Shown: positions 18,401 to 28,844 of the stretch, piece after piece
Layout: each line of letters opens with the position of its first letter
How positions within the stretch are numbered: the stretch's first letter is position 1
DNA from: a virus
IMG/VR virus record: IMGVR_UViG_3300029893_000005
Location: 7,904 to 71,903 of that record
Strand: one strand, 5' to 3'
Length of the DNA stretch: 64,000 bases
The notes under the pieces: model-generated
Database searches by the model: none
What the model was told of the DNA's origin: nothing
What the model saw: the letters and a program-made list of their open reading frames with translations, nothing else
Translations under genes and position numbers: made by a program

Positions 18401-19060
18401 ATGGACAATCTGGCGGCGATGTACCAGAACCCCCTGCTGTACCTGATGCGGCAGCAACTCACGAACCAGGAGGGCATGGAGGGCCTCCTGCAGCGCCTGC
18501 TTTCCGAGCAGTTTCAGCAGGGGGGCGGGGGCTACCAGGAGGCCGTACCGCAGGTCACTTACAACACCTTCGAGGGCGCCACCTACAACTCCCAAGTCAC
18601 CAACCAGATGCCCGAGATCAAGTTCCCCGAGTTCCAGATGCCGGACTTCTCCAAGTTCCTGGCCAACATCCCGGCCCCCCAGGTCAACCTGACCTATGGT
18701 GCGAACAACCCGTCTCCGTCCGGGTACATCCCGCCGGTCACGGATCCGCGCACGGGGGCCCCGATGGGCAACCCCCCCTGGTCCGGAGGAGGGGGCCACC
18801 AGCAGGGCGGCGGAGGGGGAGGGGGAGGCCGGTCCTCTTACGGCGGTTGGAATCCCCCACAAGGGGGTCAGGGGGTGACGACCGAGCACGGGTTCGGGGG
18901 GTCTTCCTTCAATACGACGTCTCCCGTCAACGCCAAGGGCAGGTGGGCCCAGCCTTCGGGGTCAACCTTACCATCGTGGCAGCAGTCTTATTACGGGAAG
19001 CCCGTGACCCAGAACAAGCAGGGCAAGTACTGGGATCCGCGGACGGGGCAGTGGAGTTAG
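18401..19060 (+). CDS. Gly/Gln/Pro-rich putative internal virion protein
   Basis: Low complexity; first gene of the post-tail operon. Confidence 0.5.
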   Translation: MDNLAAMYQNPLLYLMRQQLTNQEGMEGLLQRLLSEQFQQGGGGYQEAVPQVTYNTFEGATYNSQVTNQMPEIKFPEFQMPDFSKFLANIPAPQVNLTYGANNPSPSGYIPPVTDPRTGAPMGNPPWSGGGGHQQGGGGGGGGRSSYGGWNPPQGGQGVTTEHGFGGSSFNTTSPVNAKGRWAQPSGSTLPSWQQSYYGKPVTQNKQGKYWDPRTGQWS

Positions 19061-19074
19061 GAGCGTAGCACAAG

Positions 19075-20346
19075 ATGCCGATGCAGATCATGCCGCAGGG
19101 GGTTGACCCCACGGTTTACTCGCAGAGCCCGTCGTGGCAGGGGTACAGCGACCCGCTGAGGCCCCTGATTGAATACCTGGGCGGCGACGCCGCGGGCGGG
19201 TTGCGGGGCAGCATCCTGGACACCCTGATGGGGCGCAACCAGTTCGACGCTGCCGGAGCCTTTGACGACGCGCACGATGCATGGTGGGCCGCCCAGCAGG
19301 ACATCATCAACCAGATCGGCAGCATGCGGGATCAGGCCTTGGACCCGAATGGCGTCTATGCGGGCTGGTTCAGAGACGTGCGGGACCGTACCTCCGGCAT
19401 CATGGACCAGACCATCGGGGCATGGCAGGACTACATGGGATCCATCATGGGAGGGCTTGGCAACTACGGCGGCCTTGACTTTTCGGTGCCTGGGCAGATT
19501 GCTCGCGCTGGTGGGCAGCAGGCCTTCGACGACATCACCAACCGGAACGTCGCGCAGATGGAGCAGAAACTGGCCCCCTATCTCGGCAACATCCGAGCAG
19601 GGTTGCTGGGGTCTGCTGGAGGCTCGGAATCGGCGCCATCGTCGGGGAGCGTCTCGCAGCAACTGAAGGCGGCGATGGCCCAGATCGGTGCCCCCATCAT
19701 TGCCAACACGGTGGCCCAGGGCCAGGGCTTCCTGCCCAACGTGGTGGGCACCGGGCTGGCCGCCGACTACGGGGCCCGCAACAGCATTCTCGGCGCCATG
19801 CTTGGGCTGGGCCAGTTCGGCGCCCAGGCCGCGGCTAATATGTTCGGGCAGAAGGCTGGCGTCATGGGCGCCCTGGCGCAGCAAGAGGGTGCCTTCGCCC
19901 CCCAGGTGTTTGGAGCGGAGGCGGCGTTGATGGGGAACGCGCTCAACACGAACTCGCGGGACAACTTGCTCAACAACATGGTGAATTCCTACCTCGCCAG
20001 TCAGGCTCCGCTGCAGCGGTTGGCGGCGCAATACGCTGCTACCATGTTCCAGCCTGACGCCCTCGTGCAGGTCGCGGGGACCGGCCGCGGCGGGACGAAC
20101 TACGGCCCCACGATGGGCGGGGAGTACAAGAACCCGCCAACGGGGATGGGCAAGAAGGACGAGAAAGAGGCGCCGGCAGGACCCCCGAAGCCCCCGGGGG
20201 GTTCTCCGCCGGGATATGACCCTGGCAGCAGCAACAATACGGCGGCGCTGGCTGCTGCGGACCAGATGCTTTACGATAGCATGGGGAGCGCAAGTTACAC
20301 GGGTCCTGGGATGGTGGTCACGGACGCCTGGGGCCCAGGCTGGTAA
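19075..20346 (+). CDS. Putative DNA ejection (pilot) protein
   Basis: Ala/Gly/Gln-rich helical 423-aa ORF in the position of podovirus ejection genes. Confidence 0.5.
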   Translation: MPMQIMPQGVDPTVYSQSPSWQGYSDPLRPLIEYLGGDAAGGLRGSILDTLMGRNQFDAAGAFDDAHDAWWAAQQDIINQIGSMRDQALDPNGVYAGWFRDVRDRTSGIMDQTIGAWQDYMGSIMGGLGNYGGLDFSVPGQIARAGGQQAFDDITNRNVAQMEQKLAPYLGNIRAGLLGSAGGSESAPSSGSVSQQLKAAMAQIGAPIIANTVAQGQGFLPNVVGTGLAADYGARNSILGAMLGLGQFGAQAAANMFGQKAGVMGALAQQEGAFAPQVFGAEAALMGNALNTNSRDNLLNNMVNSYLASQAPLQRLAAQYAATMFQPDALVQVAGTGRGGTNYGPTMGGEYKNPPTGMGKKDEKEAPAGPPKPPGGSPPGYDPGSSNNTAALAAADQMLYDSMGSASYTGPGMVVTDAWGPGW

Positions 20347-20366
20347 CACGGAAAGGATTGCGGAAG

Positions 20367-21029
20367 ATGACTGAGGCAGAGCGCCAGCAGTTTTTGCAGG
20401 CCTACGGGGTACTGAATAACCCCGTACCGATCAATCCGGCGGGGCAGCGCCGTCTCTTCTTTGCGGCGCCGTCTGCTGCTCCACAGCAGCCCCAGGCGCA
20501 GCGGCCGGCCAGCGCTCCGCAGGCCCAGCCCACGCCTACGGTTCCTGCGGCAGACCCCCGCGTCAGCGCCAACAACCCGGTCAACCTGGGGCAGTTGTAC
20601 TATGCCGGGCTGGAGGACCTCTACAAGGCGCAGGTGGCCGCCCAGCAGTTCGCACTGCAGCAGATGATCGAGCAGGCGGCAGCGGGTAACCCGAACCTGA
20701 TGAACATGCTTGGGCTGCTGCAATACAGCCTGAACGAGGACCAGTTGCCGCAGCCGGAGCGACAGGCCCTGGCCGCGCAGCGGGAGCGGAACCTTCAGGC
20801 GTCCTTCGGTGACATGACACCGGCGCAGAAGGCACAGATGTCCACCCTCTCTTCGGCGCAGATTCCGCAGCAGATGCGGGCCTACGAGCAGCAGGAGCGA
20901 GAGCAGAACAAGTACGCCCAGCAGTGGGCTGCCAACCGACAGAACCGTCAGATGCTGGAGGCCCGCCCCAACACGATGGCGCAGGGCCGCGTTGGCGGCT
21001 CCTACAACATGGACAACTACAAGAAGTAG
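20367..21029 (+). CDS. Gln/Ala-rich putative internal virion protein
   Basis: ATG at 20367 with GGAAAGGA SD. Confidence 0.5.
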   Translation: MTEAERQQFLQAYGVLNNPVPINPAGQRRLFFAAPSAAPQQPQAQRPASAPQAQPTPTVPAADPRVSANNPVNLGQLYYAGLEDLYKAQVAAQQFALQQMIEQAAAGNPNLMNMLGLLQYSLNEDQLPQPERQALAAQRERNLQASFGDMTPAQKAQMSTLSSAQIPQQMRAYEQQEREQNKYAQQWAANRQNRQMLEARPNTMAQGRVGGSYNMDNYKK

Positions 21030-21038
21030 GGACCTGAC

Positions 21039-22514
21039 ATGGACGCCCTCGTAAAGGCTACCCAGACCCTGGCGGACACTACCTCGGCTATTCAGCGCCA
21101 GCAGCGCATGGCGCAGCAGGAGGCTGCCCAGCGCCGCCGCGAGGCTGACGTCGATCGCCGCATCGAACTGCAGGAGTGGAATGCGCTGCAATCGGCACGG
21201 CGGCAGCAGTTCAGCCAGGGCGTGCAACTCTATCAGTTGCGGCGGCAGGCGGAGCAGGACTACGAGAGCCAACTCCAGCAGGCCGTTCAGTTGATCCTGG
21301 GACGGCTGGACAAGGCCAATGCCGCGGGGATGGACGTCTCCCGTATGCGACAGCAGGCGCTGGAGAAGTTGATCCCCTCCGTACAGCAGGCGGAGCAGAA
21401 CCGTCGAATCAGCGCCGCATTGACCGAGGCGGCGGCGGCTTTCGACTACCGATACGGTGACGAGTCGTTCCTCGCGTCGGATCCGGCAGGCGCCCAGAAG
21501 TTCCAGCACTTCATCAATTATGGGGCCAACCCGAAGACCAACAACAATGTTGCGGACCTGAAGGAATCGCTGGGCCCCTATGCGGTCTACTTTGACCGCT
21601 TCATACGGGACTACGCCGCCCTGCCCGCGGCTTCGCGCTCGGGGGCAGTACAGGCGTTCATGGACAAAAACGGCGTCCAGGAGGCGTTGAACCCCGCTCA
21701 GATTCAGCCGCTGCTGCAGGAGATCGCATCGATCCAACTCCCCGGGGAGGACCCTCGCGAGAAAGCGTTGTTGGCCCAGGCCACGAGCGTCTTTCAATAT
21801 CCCAGCAAGGACGCCTACGTGCAGGAGAAACTGGGTCCCTACGCCCAGTACGCAGGCGGAGCCCCGTCCGGCGGGGGCGTCCCCGCGGGGGGAGGTGCTG
21901 CGCCTCCGCAGCCGTCCCCCGGGCACCAGCAGTACCCGCTGACGCAGGAGACCAGCGGTGAGATCACCGGCCCGGTCATGAAGACGGGCGAGGGGACCTA
22001 CACCAACATCCTGTCGGGGCCGGTCGAGGGCGTCAACCAGAAGTACCTGGAGAAGTACCAGTCCCTGGTCGACCTGACCAACAAGTTGCAGGGCGCGGAA
22101 CCGGCCGCAGCCCCCGCGCCGCAACCCACCACTGTCGGCAAGTTCGACCCGGACAACACCGCGGCACCTCGGGGCGGCCTCGGCCTGGGCGGGCGCGACA
22201 TCGGGTCGGTCGACGTCACGGGCACGGGGGCGCCCCCGCCTGCGGATTACTCTTCGAAGTTGGCGACCTGGACGCAGACGCCCGGCTTCAAGAACGTCAT
22301 GCTCGACGTGCTGACCGGCGCCGTCGATGCGAATGACGTCATGGAGCGGGTCTACGCAGCGGCTGAAGCGGTCTACAAGGCCAGCGGCCAGCCCATGGAC
22401 CCGTCCGCGGTCAAGAACACGGCCTCGCTCATGTTCTCGGCGGTTAAGAATACCGGACTCCTCAACGAGCGCGGCTTCCCCAACCCGCAGCGGAACCTGA
22501 TGAGGGCGCCGTAG
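21039..22514 (+). CDS. Putative ejection protein with an N-terminal coiled coil
   Basis: 491 aa; Gln/Arg-rich N-terminal coiled coil. Confidence 0.5.
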   Translation: MDALVKATQTLADTTSAIQRQQRMAQQEAAQRRREADVDRRIELQEWNALQSARRQQFSQGVQLYQLRRQAEQDYESQLQQAVQLILGRLDKANAAGMDVSRMRQQALEKLIPSVQQAEQNRRISAALTEAAAAFDYRYGDESFLASDPAGAQKFQHFINYGANPKTNNNVADLKESLGPYAVYFDRFIRDYAALPAASRSGAVQAFMDKNGVQEALNPAQIQPLLQEIASIQLPGEDPREKALLAQATSVFQYPSKDAYVQEKLGPYAQYAGGAPSGGGVPAGGGAAPPQPSPGHQQYPLTQETSGEITGPVMKTGEGTYTNILSGPVEGVNQKYLEKYQSLVDLTNKLQGAEPAAAPAPQPTTVGKFDPDNTAAPRGGLGLGGRDIGSVDVTGTGAPPPADYSSKLATWTQTPGFKNVMLDVLTGAVDANDVMERVYAAAEAVYKASGQPMDPSAVKNTASLMFSAVKNTGLLNERGFPNPQRNLMRAP

Positions 22515-25500
22515 TGGCGCCCCGCCTCCCCGCCCTCGACGACTTCTCGTATTTCGAGGACGCAGTTCGCTCGGTGGTGCGCACGCCGGGGATTGGCCCT
22601 GCGTCCAATACTTTGGCTGTACAGCCAAACCCACCACCAAACGAGTTCGAAGGGTTTGAGGCCGCGGTGCGGGGGCTTCCCTTTGCGCAGCAGCCCGTCG
22701 AGCAGCCGTCTGCGACGCTCCCCGAGTTTGCCCCCTTTGAACAGGCGGCTCGTGAGGGTATCCAGTCCCTGCGGCGGGCCCGCCTCGAACGCGGCGAGCA
22801 GGAGGCCGCGGCTGCCTACGACTCCTCGCGAGATATCTTCGCGGCCGGGCGCCCGCTGCTGGAGACTCCGATGCGGGCCTGGAACGCGCTGAAGGGCGCT
22901 GATCTCGTGGGCGGCTACGTCCGCGACATGCAGGACGAGAGCGTGCCGTTGTGGGCCCGTGCGCTGCAGGGTACCTTCGGCGTGCCGCATGGAACCGCGA
23001 TCAAGTTGGCCACTTCGGGCATCGGTATCCGGCCCACCCCGCATGCGGATGAACTGGCGGAACGGGTGGCCCGCTTCGGCCCCGCGGGCGAGGGGGGCGC
23101 CGTCTTCGGCGGAGTGCCCGGCGCCTTCTACGACTTCTTGTTCGCCCTGGCGTCGGACCCGCTGATACTGGCTAGCGCCCCGGAGAAGGGTGTCGCCAAG
23201 ATCGGACGGCAGATGGCCCGCGAGGGGATCGAGACCGGCGGCGGTACGGCCCTGGCGGGAGTGCGCCCCGGCATCGAACTCCGCGGCTACCGCAAGGGGC
23301 CCGGCGTGAGCATCCCCGACATGATGCGGGGCAAGTTCGTGCCCGACGAGTATGTGGACCGGGTACTGGCCCCCGAGATGCTGCGCCGCGAGATCGAGAA
23401 GGCCGCCGCCCAGGCGGACCCCGCCGTCTTCGAGCCGAAGGGGCTGCGGGAGGCGCTGGGGCTGGGCACCTTCGACGCGGACAGGTCCGTGCTGGCCGCC
23501 ACGGGGGCGCTGCCTCCGCCCGTGGCTGCGCTACGGGAAACTCTGGAGAACGTGCAGGGACGAGGGCCGGCCTTCCCGGACTACGTGCGGGCGCGAGACG
23601 AGTTCCGCAAGATGCCCTACGAATCAACCGAGCAGTTGGTCCCTCGCAGCATCCGCCAGTCCCCGTTGGGGCAGCGGCTGGGCTTCCAGCAGAATATCCT
23701 GTCGGACCTGGAAAAGGGCCCCACCGCGGCCAACACCAAGTACCGCACCCTCAACCCGTTGTGGGACCCGGACGTCCCCCTGGCGGAGCGGGCTCGCCTC
23801 TACGCCATGGAGGAGGCCAAGATCGCCCGCGGCATCAAGGAAGGCGGCCCGAAACTACGCTTCGCCGGTATCAAGACGCCGCTGACCTCCCCCGTTCCCG
23901 TGGCCGCCAGTCTCGTGGGCCGCGCCTTCGGCAACTGGCTCGATAAGGGGCAGGAACTGCGGGTTCCGTTGGCCGAGCGGGTGGTGACGCCCGCGGGCGA
24001 GTCGGGGCACGCCTACGTGGCGGGGCGGCAGTGGACCGACCCGGCCAGCGGAACGACCCGTGACTGGAGCACAGCAGCGCCCGCACCCTTTGCCGGGGGC
24101 TCGGCGCTCGACGTGGCCAAGGACGTGATGCCCGGCCTGATCTCCGATACCACGGATCTGTCCAACCTGGAGAAGGCGGTTCGCATCTACCAGACCGGCG
24201 CAGCCGCCCTGGCTCGCGGCTTCGAGCGGACCTACCGCTCGGCCGCCAGCGCTATTCACCGTGGGGGCATCCTGACCGCAGCCAGCCGGGCACCGGGCGA
24301 GGCCTCGGTGTCCAAGCCCATCTTCCGGGACTGGCTGACGCGCACCCTGAAGTCCTACTCACAGGCGGAGCGGGGCGTGAAGTTCGACCAGTGGCGCAGC
24401 ATCTACCAGTTGCTGCACGACGTCAAGGCGGCCAACCCCGAGTTGAAGTTGTCGGTGGAACTGCCGGACCTGAAGGAGACCCTCGACGAGTTCGACCGGC
24501 TGGCGAGGGACGAGAAATTCTGGCAGCCGCTGGTGCCGGATACGGTGGGCCCGATGCCCGTCCGCGCCTTCCAGCAGGAACTGTGGGCCCGCGTTAACAC
24601 CTTCCAGGAGCGCATGGCGACGCTGATGGATCGCCCGCTGGACGAGATGTCCATCGATGCATCGAGCCCCAACGTGGTCGGACAACTCGACCGCATGACG
24701 CAGAACGCAGCGAAGTTCTTCGACAGCCCCGAAGGAAAGGACGAGATCGCGGGGCTGTTCGGGGCGCTCGACGAGTGGCTGCAGGCCATGGTACCGGCTG
24801 ATGTGGCGGCCACCAACTACAATCAGGTCCATCAGGCCGTCGAGGTTGCGGGACGGCGGGCTGCGGAATCCGCCCGCATGCAGTCGGTGTTCGAGAGCAT
24901 GCTGGACGCCTCGCTGCGCCAGCCCATGAGCGGGCTGGAGTTGACCGCCAAGTTGCTGGCCGGGCAGAGGTGGAACAACCCGGTGCGCCGGGCGCTGCGC
25001 GAGATGGTCAAGACCCAGCGGAAGACCGTCCCCGAACTGGACCTGAGCGCCATCACGCCCGAGGAGGTGGCGGCGCAGAAGGACGCCATGATCGAGGCCA
25101 TCGACAAGGCGCAGACCGCGGGGCGCCTCACCGATCCGGAAGTCTCCAACCTCGTGGGCTTCCTCGACGAGGTAAGCGCGAACACCGCCGCCTGGGGCGG
25201 CTACATGCGGCTGATGAAGAACGTCTCCGACCTGACCAACTACGAGATGGCGGTGGCTTCGGTCACCAAGCGTGTGTTCGAGCCGCTCAAGCGGGTGTAC
25301 CAGCGGGCGGACAACGCCGCCCGGGAGTTGTCCCGCAAGACCATGAACGACCTCGTGCAGCAGTTGTCGTCGGAGCAGGTGATCTACCAGCCCCACGGGC
25401 CCGGCAAGTGGGCATGGGTGAAGGCAGCCCTCAACCGCCTCGACGATACCCAGGCCCAGATCATGCGCTTCGCGGGCGTGCCCGAGGCCTTGGCTCGTAC

Positions 25501-27655
25501 CGTCCGAGAGAACGATGACGCCCTGCTCTACGCCGACCGAGAGGCGGAGGGGTGGGTGCTGCGCGACTTCCTGCGGGATGAAGTGGAGGCCTCCATCCAG
25601 GAAGTGAAGGGCTTGCCCAGAGAGGCCCTCATTTCGCGGCGGGAACTGACCGACCTCAATGAAGGCTACATGAAGATCGCTGCCAACGAAGGAGCGGACG
25701 CCTTCACCCATGCCGACCCCGCCGTGCAGACGTGGGTGCGACAGCGGGGCGCGGACCGCATCGCCGAAGGATGGCGGCTGCTGGAAGCCCACTTCGGCGA
25801 CCGTGCCGGTGCCGAGACGTGGTTCCGGAACATGCAGGCCCGCTTGAACCGCGTCAACGAGGAGATGTTCAACTTCGAGCGCGAGATGGGCATGGTGGAC
25901 GTGCGCCGCAAGAACTACGTCCCCCACCTGCTCTCGGGCTCCTACGCCGACCAGGATCGTTTCTGGCGGTGGATGGCGGGCAAAGAGGTAGACGAGTGGG
26001 CGCTGGGGCAGCGCCCCCTGGTGAGCGAGAAGTTCGCCCCGGGCCTGACCCGCGACATGAAGACCATGGCGGAGTTGGAGTATTACCTGGGGGTGCTGAA
26101 GGAAAACCTCAAAGGCAGCCAGCCTCTCGACCTCGACACCGCCTACCACCTGACCGCGGCCATGGGGCACCGCCGCCTGCTGCACAACCGTGCGGTCGGG
26201 GTGCGCAAGTTCGTCACCCAGTTGCAGTCGGTGATGCCCGGCCACCTGCTCCCAATGGGGCTGGCGCGGCCGGACTCGAAGATGGCGCAGGCCTTCGCCA
26301 AGGCGCAGTTCCGCAACCTCGGAGACCTGATTCCCTCGCTGCGGGACTGGTGGGCGCATCAGGACATCTACACCTTCCTGGAGTCGCGAGTGGCCAAGAA
26401 CGCCACCATGCTCGACTTCGAGGGCGAGGTGTTCGGGCCGTGGCGTTTCCTCCGCGAACTGCAGCGATCGCTGAAGTGGCTCAACACCACCTTCGACATC
26501 TACCACATCAAGAACATCATCGCCCTGGGCCTGTTCTCGGACACCGACCTGGGCCGTGCCGTGAACATCATGAGCCGCGCCTGGAAGAACCGCGGCACCG
26601 GGCTGGGGGCGGCGCACGAGCGGCGGCTGGCTCCCATCGAAGCCTGGGTGGAGGGCCTGGAGAAGGACCCGATGTATCAACTCGGGCTCAAGCACGGCCT
26701 CACCCCGTTCCGCGGTCACGAGTATCAGGTCCCCCTGGTGGACCGCATCATGTCCGAGATGCGCCCCATCGAAGGCAACCGGCAGGCAGCCGCCGCCATC
26801 GTGCGGGACTACCGCCTGCGGGGTGGGCCGGGCTCGAAGGTCACCTTCGACATCATGGACCAAGCGGTGAAGCAGGCCAAGTTCGAGGAGATGCTGGAGC
26901 AGGGCATCCCCGCCCACCACGCCGCGGATCTGGCCAACCACTATCTCATCGACTACTCGCTGCGGTGGATGAACCCGAACCTGCGCAACACCGCCTACGC
27001 CATCTTCCCCTTCTTCGCCTGGAAGATCGGCAACTGGGCCGTCCACCCCACCCAGTTCCTGGAGCGGCCGGGGCGGTACATGGTGTGGAACCATCTGCGT
27101 GAGGCAGTCACGAATTTCTTCACAGGAGACCAGTCCGGGGAATACTACGACGCCCTGACCGAGATGGCGGCCGGCGGCATGATCATCCCGCTGGAGGACC
27201 CGGTGACCGGCAACCAGATGGTCTTCGATCTGGCCCTGCCTTCGGATTCCATCTTCGCTCCCTTCCGCCGCATGTCGCAGGAACACCCGTTCGAGTGGCC
27301 GGTGGAGTTCACACGGTACTTCATGGGCAACATCTGGGACATGCCGTACAGGTGGCTGGCCCAGACCGACAACCAACGCCGCTATGAGATCACCCAGCAG
27401 ATCGCCCAGCAGGGCTGGCAGGAGTGGCTCAAGACCGGCGTCTTCGGCACCCCCGAGCAGGAGGGCTGGGCGTCCAGCCTGACCTGGGGCATCCAGCCCT
27501 GGAAGGACCTCGGGGGGCTGATGATCGACCCCAGCAAATGGCAGAACTGGGACTTCTACATCTGGAAGTTCACCATGGAGAACTTCGGCAACACCACGCA
27601 GATGGTGCCCAGCAGTATCACGGGCAAGCCCAGGAGAGCGCCTCTGTCCCCGTAG
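22514..27655 (+). CDS. Very large (1713-aa) putative internal virion/ejection protein
   Basis: Size, helical composition, NYVPH motif and a C-terminal IFPFFAW segment typical of large ejected phage proteins. Confidence 0.6.
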   Translation: MAPRLPALDDFSYFEDAVRSVVRTPGIGPASNTLAVQPNPPPNEFEGFEAAVRGLPFAQQPVEQPSATLPEFAPFEQAAREGIQSLRRARLERGEQEAAAAYDSSRDIFAAGRPLLETPMRAWNALKGADLVGGYVRDMQDESVPLWARALQGTFGVPHGTAIKLATSGIGIRPTPHADELAERVARFGPAGEGGAVFGGVPGAFYDFLFALASDPLILASAPEKGVAKIGRQMAREGIETGGGTALAGVRPGIELRGYRKGPGVSIPDMMRGKFVPDEYVDRVLAPEMLRREIEKAAAQADPAVFEPKGLREALGLGTFDADRSVLAATGALPPPVAALRETLENVQGRGPAFPDYVRARDEFRKMPYESTEQLVPRSIRQSPLGQRLGFQQNILSDLEKGPTAANTKYRTLNPLWDPDVPLAERARLYAMEEAKIARGIKEGGPKLRFAGIKTPLTSPVPVAASLVGRAFGNWLDKGQELRVPLAERVVTPAGESGHAYVAGRQWTDPASGTTRDWSTAAPAPFAGGSALDVAKDVMPGLISDTTDLSNLEKAVRIYQTGAAALARGFERTYRSAASAIHRGGILTAASRAPGEASVSKPIFRDWLTRTLKSYSQAERGVKFDQWRSIYQLLHDVKAANPELKLSVELPDLKETLDEFDRLARDEKFWQPLVPDTVGPMPVRAFQQELWARVNTFQERMATLMDRPLDEMSIDASSPNVVGQLDRMTQNAAKFFDSPEGKDEIAGLFGALDEWLQAMVPADVAATNYNQVHQAVEVAGRRAAESARMQSVFESMLDASLRQPMSGLELTAKLLAGQRWNNPVRRALREMVKTQRKTVPELDLSAITPEEVAAQKDAMIEAIDKAQTAGRLTDPEVSNLVGFLDEVSANTAAWGGYMRLMKNVSDLTNYEMAVASVTKRVFEPLKRVYQRADNAARELSRKTMNDLVQQLSSEQVIYQPHGPGKWAWVKAALNRLDDTQAQIMRFAGVPEALARTVRENDDALLYADREAEGWVLRDFLRDEVEASIQEVKGLPREALISRRELTDLNEGYMKIAANEGADAFTHADPAVQTWVRQRGADRIAEGWRLLEAHFGDRAGAETWFRNMQARLNRVNEEMFNFEREMGMVDVRRKNYVPHLLSGSYADQDRFWRWMAGKEVDEWALGQRPLVSEKFAPGLTRDMKTMAELEYYLGVLKENLKGSQPLDLDTAYHLTAAMGHRRLLHNRAVGVRKFVTQLQSVMPGHLLPMGLARPDSKMAQAFAKAQFRNLGDLIPSLRDWWAHQDIYTFLESRVAKNATMLDFEGEVFGPWRFLRELQRSLKWLNTTFDIYHIKNIIALGLFSDTDLGRAVNIMSRAWKNRGTGLGAAHERRLAPIEAWVEGLEKDPMYQLGLKHGLTPFRGHEYQVPLVDRIMSEMRPIEGNRQAAAAIVRDYRLRGGPGSKVTFDIMDQAVKQAKFEEMLEQGIPAHHAADLANHYLIDYSLRWMNPNLRNTAYAIFPFFAWKIGNWAVHPTQFLERPGRYMVWNHLREAVTNFFTGDQSGEYYDALTEMAAGGMIIPLEDPVTGNQMVFDLALPSDSIFAPFRRMSQEHPFEWPVEFTRYFMGNIWDMPYRWLAQTDNQRRYEITQQIAQQGWQEWLKTGVFGTPEQEGWASSLTWGIQPWKDLGGLMIDPSKWQNWDFYIWKFTMENFGNTTQMVPSSITGKPRRAPLSP

Positions 27656-27677
27656 GGAGGCGTCCGGCGGGGGCTTG

Positions 27678-27686
27678 TGGTATACT
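27678..27686 (+). promoter_or_regulatory. Extended -10 promoter element
   Basis: TG-G-TATACT in the gap before 27716. Confidence 0.5.
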
Positions 27687-27715
27687 GGGCAGGAGAAGAC
27701 TTCTGGAGGTAGGCC

Positions 27716-28426
27716 ATGGAGCCCTACGGCCTGGACAACGCAGCCCTGCAGACTCTATTCAACGAGTACATGGCGCAAGACCCCGGCAGGCTGCTTCGCG
27801 ATGAGAACGCACTGCGGGGCCATCTGGTGGCCGCAGCCCAGGCAGGAGGAATGCCGGCGGTCTACGCGATTTCCAACCGCCTGGAGCCGCTGCTGGGGAG
27901 GGAGCGCCTTCTGGAACTGCTGGAGAAGTCCCTCGGGATCAGGAACCCGGCTCCGTCCGTTGCGGCCCGTGGCGCTCCTGCGCGGGCGGCCACGAACACC
28001 TCCGCATTCGCCTTCTCCGCTCCGCCCGCCGATGATCAGGCCAAGCAGTGGGACCTACTGGGGCGGAACGGACTGCTTCCCGGGCGGCAGCAGACCCTGT
28101 TCGACAGCGTGAGCGGCACCATAGAGTACCCCAGCGGTCTCGAGGGCGGATTGCCGGGAGAGCGGGCAGTGTTCCGTAAGCCCCGGTACGAGCCCGCCAT
28201 CCAGGTCTTCGATTTCCTCGGTCCGGAGATCGCGGCTTACGGTCCCGGGTCTCCGGAGGCGGAGGCGCTGCAACAAGGGCGCCTGCAGCGCAACTCGCTG
28301 TACGAGAACGTCCTGGGGCCGGGCGGGGCTCCCACGCCTGGAGGCCTCAACCACGGGTACCCGACGCGGCAGTCCCCAAAAGGACTGCCTGGGGGGCGGG
28401 TCTCCGCCTCGTACTATCAGCCGTAG
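27716..28426 (+). CDS. Hypothetical protein
   Basis: 236-aa ORF with GGAGG SD. Confidence 0.55.
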   Translation: MEPYGLDNAALQTLFNEYMAQDPGRLLRDENALRGHLVAAAQAGGMPAVYAISNRLEPLLGRERLLELLEKSLGIRNPAPSVAARGAPARAATNTSAFAFSAPPADDQAKQWDLLGRNGLLPGRQQTLFDSVSGTIEYPSGLEGGLPGERAVFRKPRYEPAIQVFDFLGPEIAAYGPGSPEAEALQQGRLQRNSLYENVLGPGGAPTPGGLNHGYPTRQSPKGLPGGRVSASYYQP

Positions 28427-28435
28427 GAGATCAGC

Positions 28436-28834
28436 ATGAGCCTCACGACCCTTACAGTCGGTCCCAGCAGCGGCGGCTTCGGCACCATGACCTTCGAGGC
28501 GTTCCTCGACTTCAAAAGCGCCAGCCAGGGCAACCAGGGCTTCGTCCTGCCCAAGTGCTCATGCGCCTTCAGCCGCTTCAGCCAGCAGCGAGTCGACCTC
28601 GTGAACGGAGCCAACACCACCGACGTCCCCGCCAACTCGGCGGGGCTGTGGTTCCAGCCCCCCACCGACAACACCACGGTCACGCTGACCATGAAGGGCG
28701 TGACCGGGGACACAGGGACTCGTATCAGCAAGACGGCTCCACTCATCGTCTTCTGGGACACAGCGTCGGTCCCGTCTGAGATCACCATCACAGCCAGTGG
28801 GGCTCTTAACGGGTGCCTGCTGACATGGCTGTAG
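28436..28834 (+). CDS. Hypothetical beta-rich (Thr-rich) protein, possibly structural
   Basis: 132-aa ORF with AGGAG SD. Confidence 0.5.
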   Translation: MSLTTLTVGPSSGGFGTMTFEAFLDFKSASQGNQGFVLPKCSCAFSRFSQQRVDLVNGANTTDVPANSAGLWFQPPTDNTTVTLTMKGVTGDTGTRISKTAPLIVFWDTASVPSEITITASGALNGCLLTWL

Positions 28835-28844
28835 GAGGCCTGAG

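Noticed and set aside
24359-27376. 1005-aa ORF on the - strand, and other long antisense ORFs (e.g. 5853-8120, 9350-11626, 20295-22640, 50433-52373, 54412-56676)
   Set aside because: They are shadow frames of real genes in GC-rich DNA, with no motifs or SD sites.
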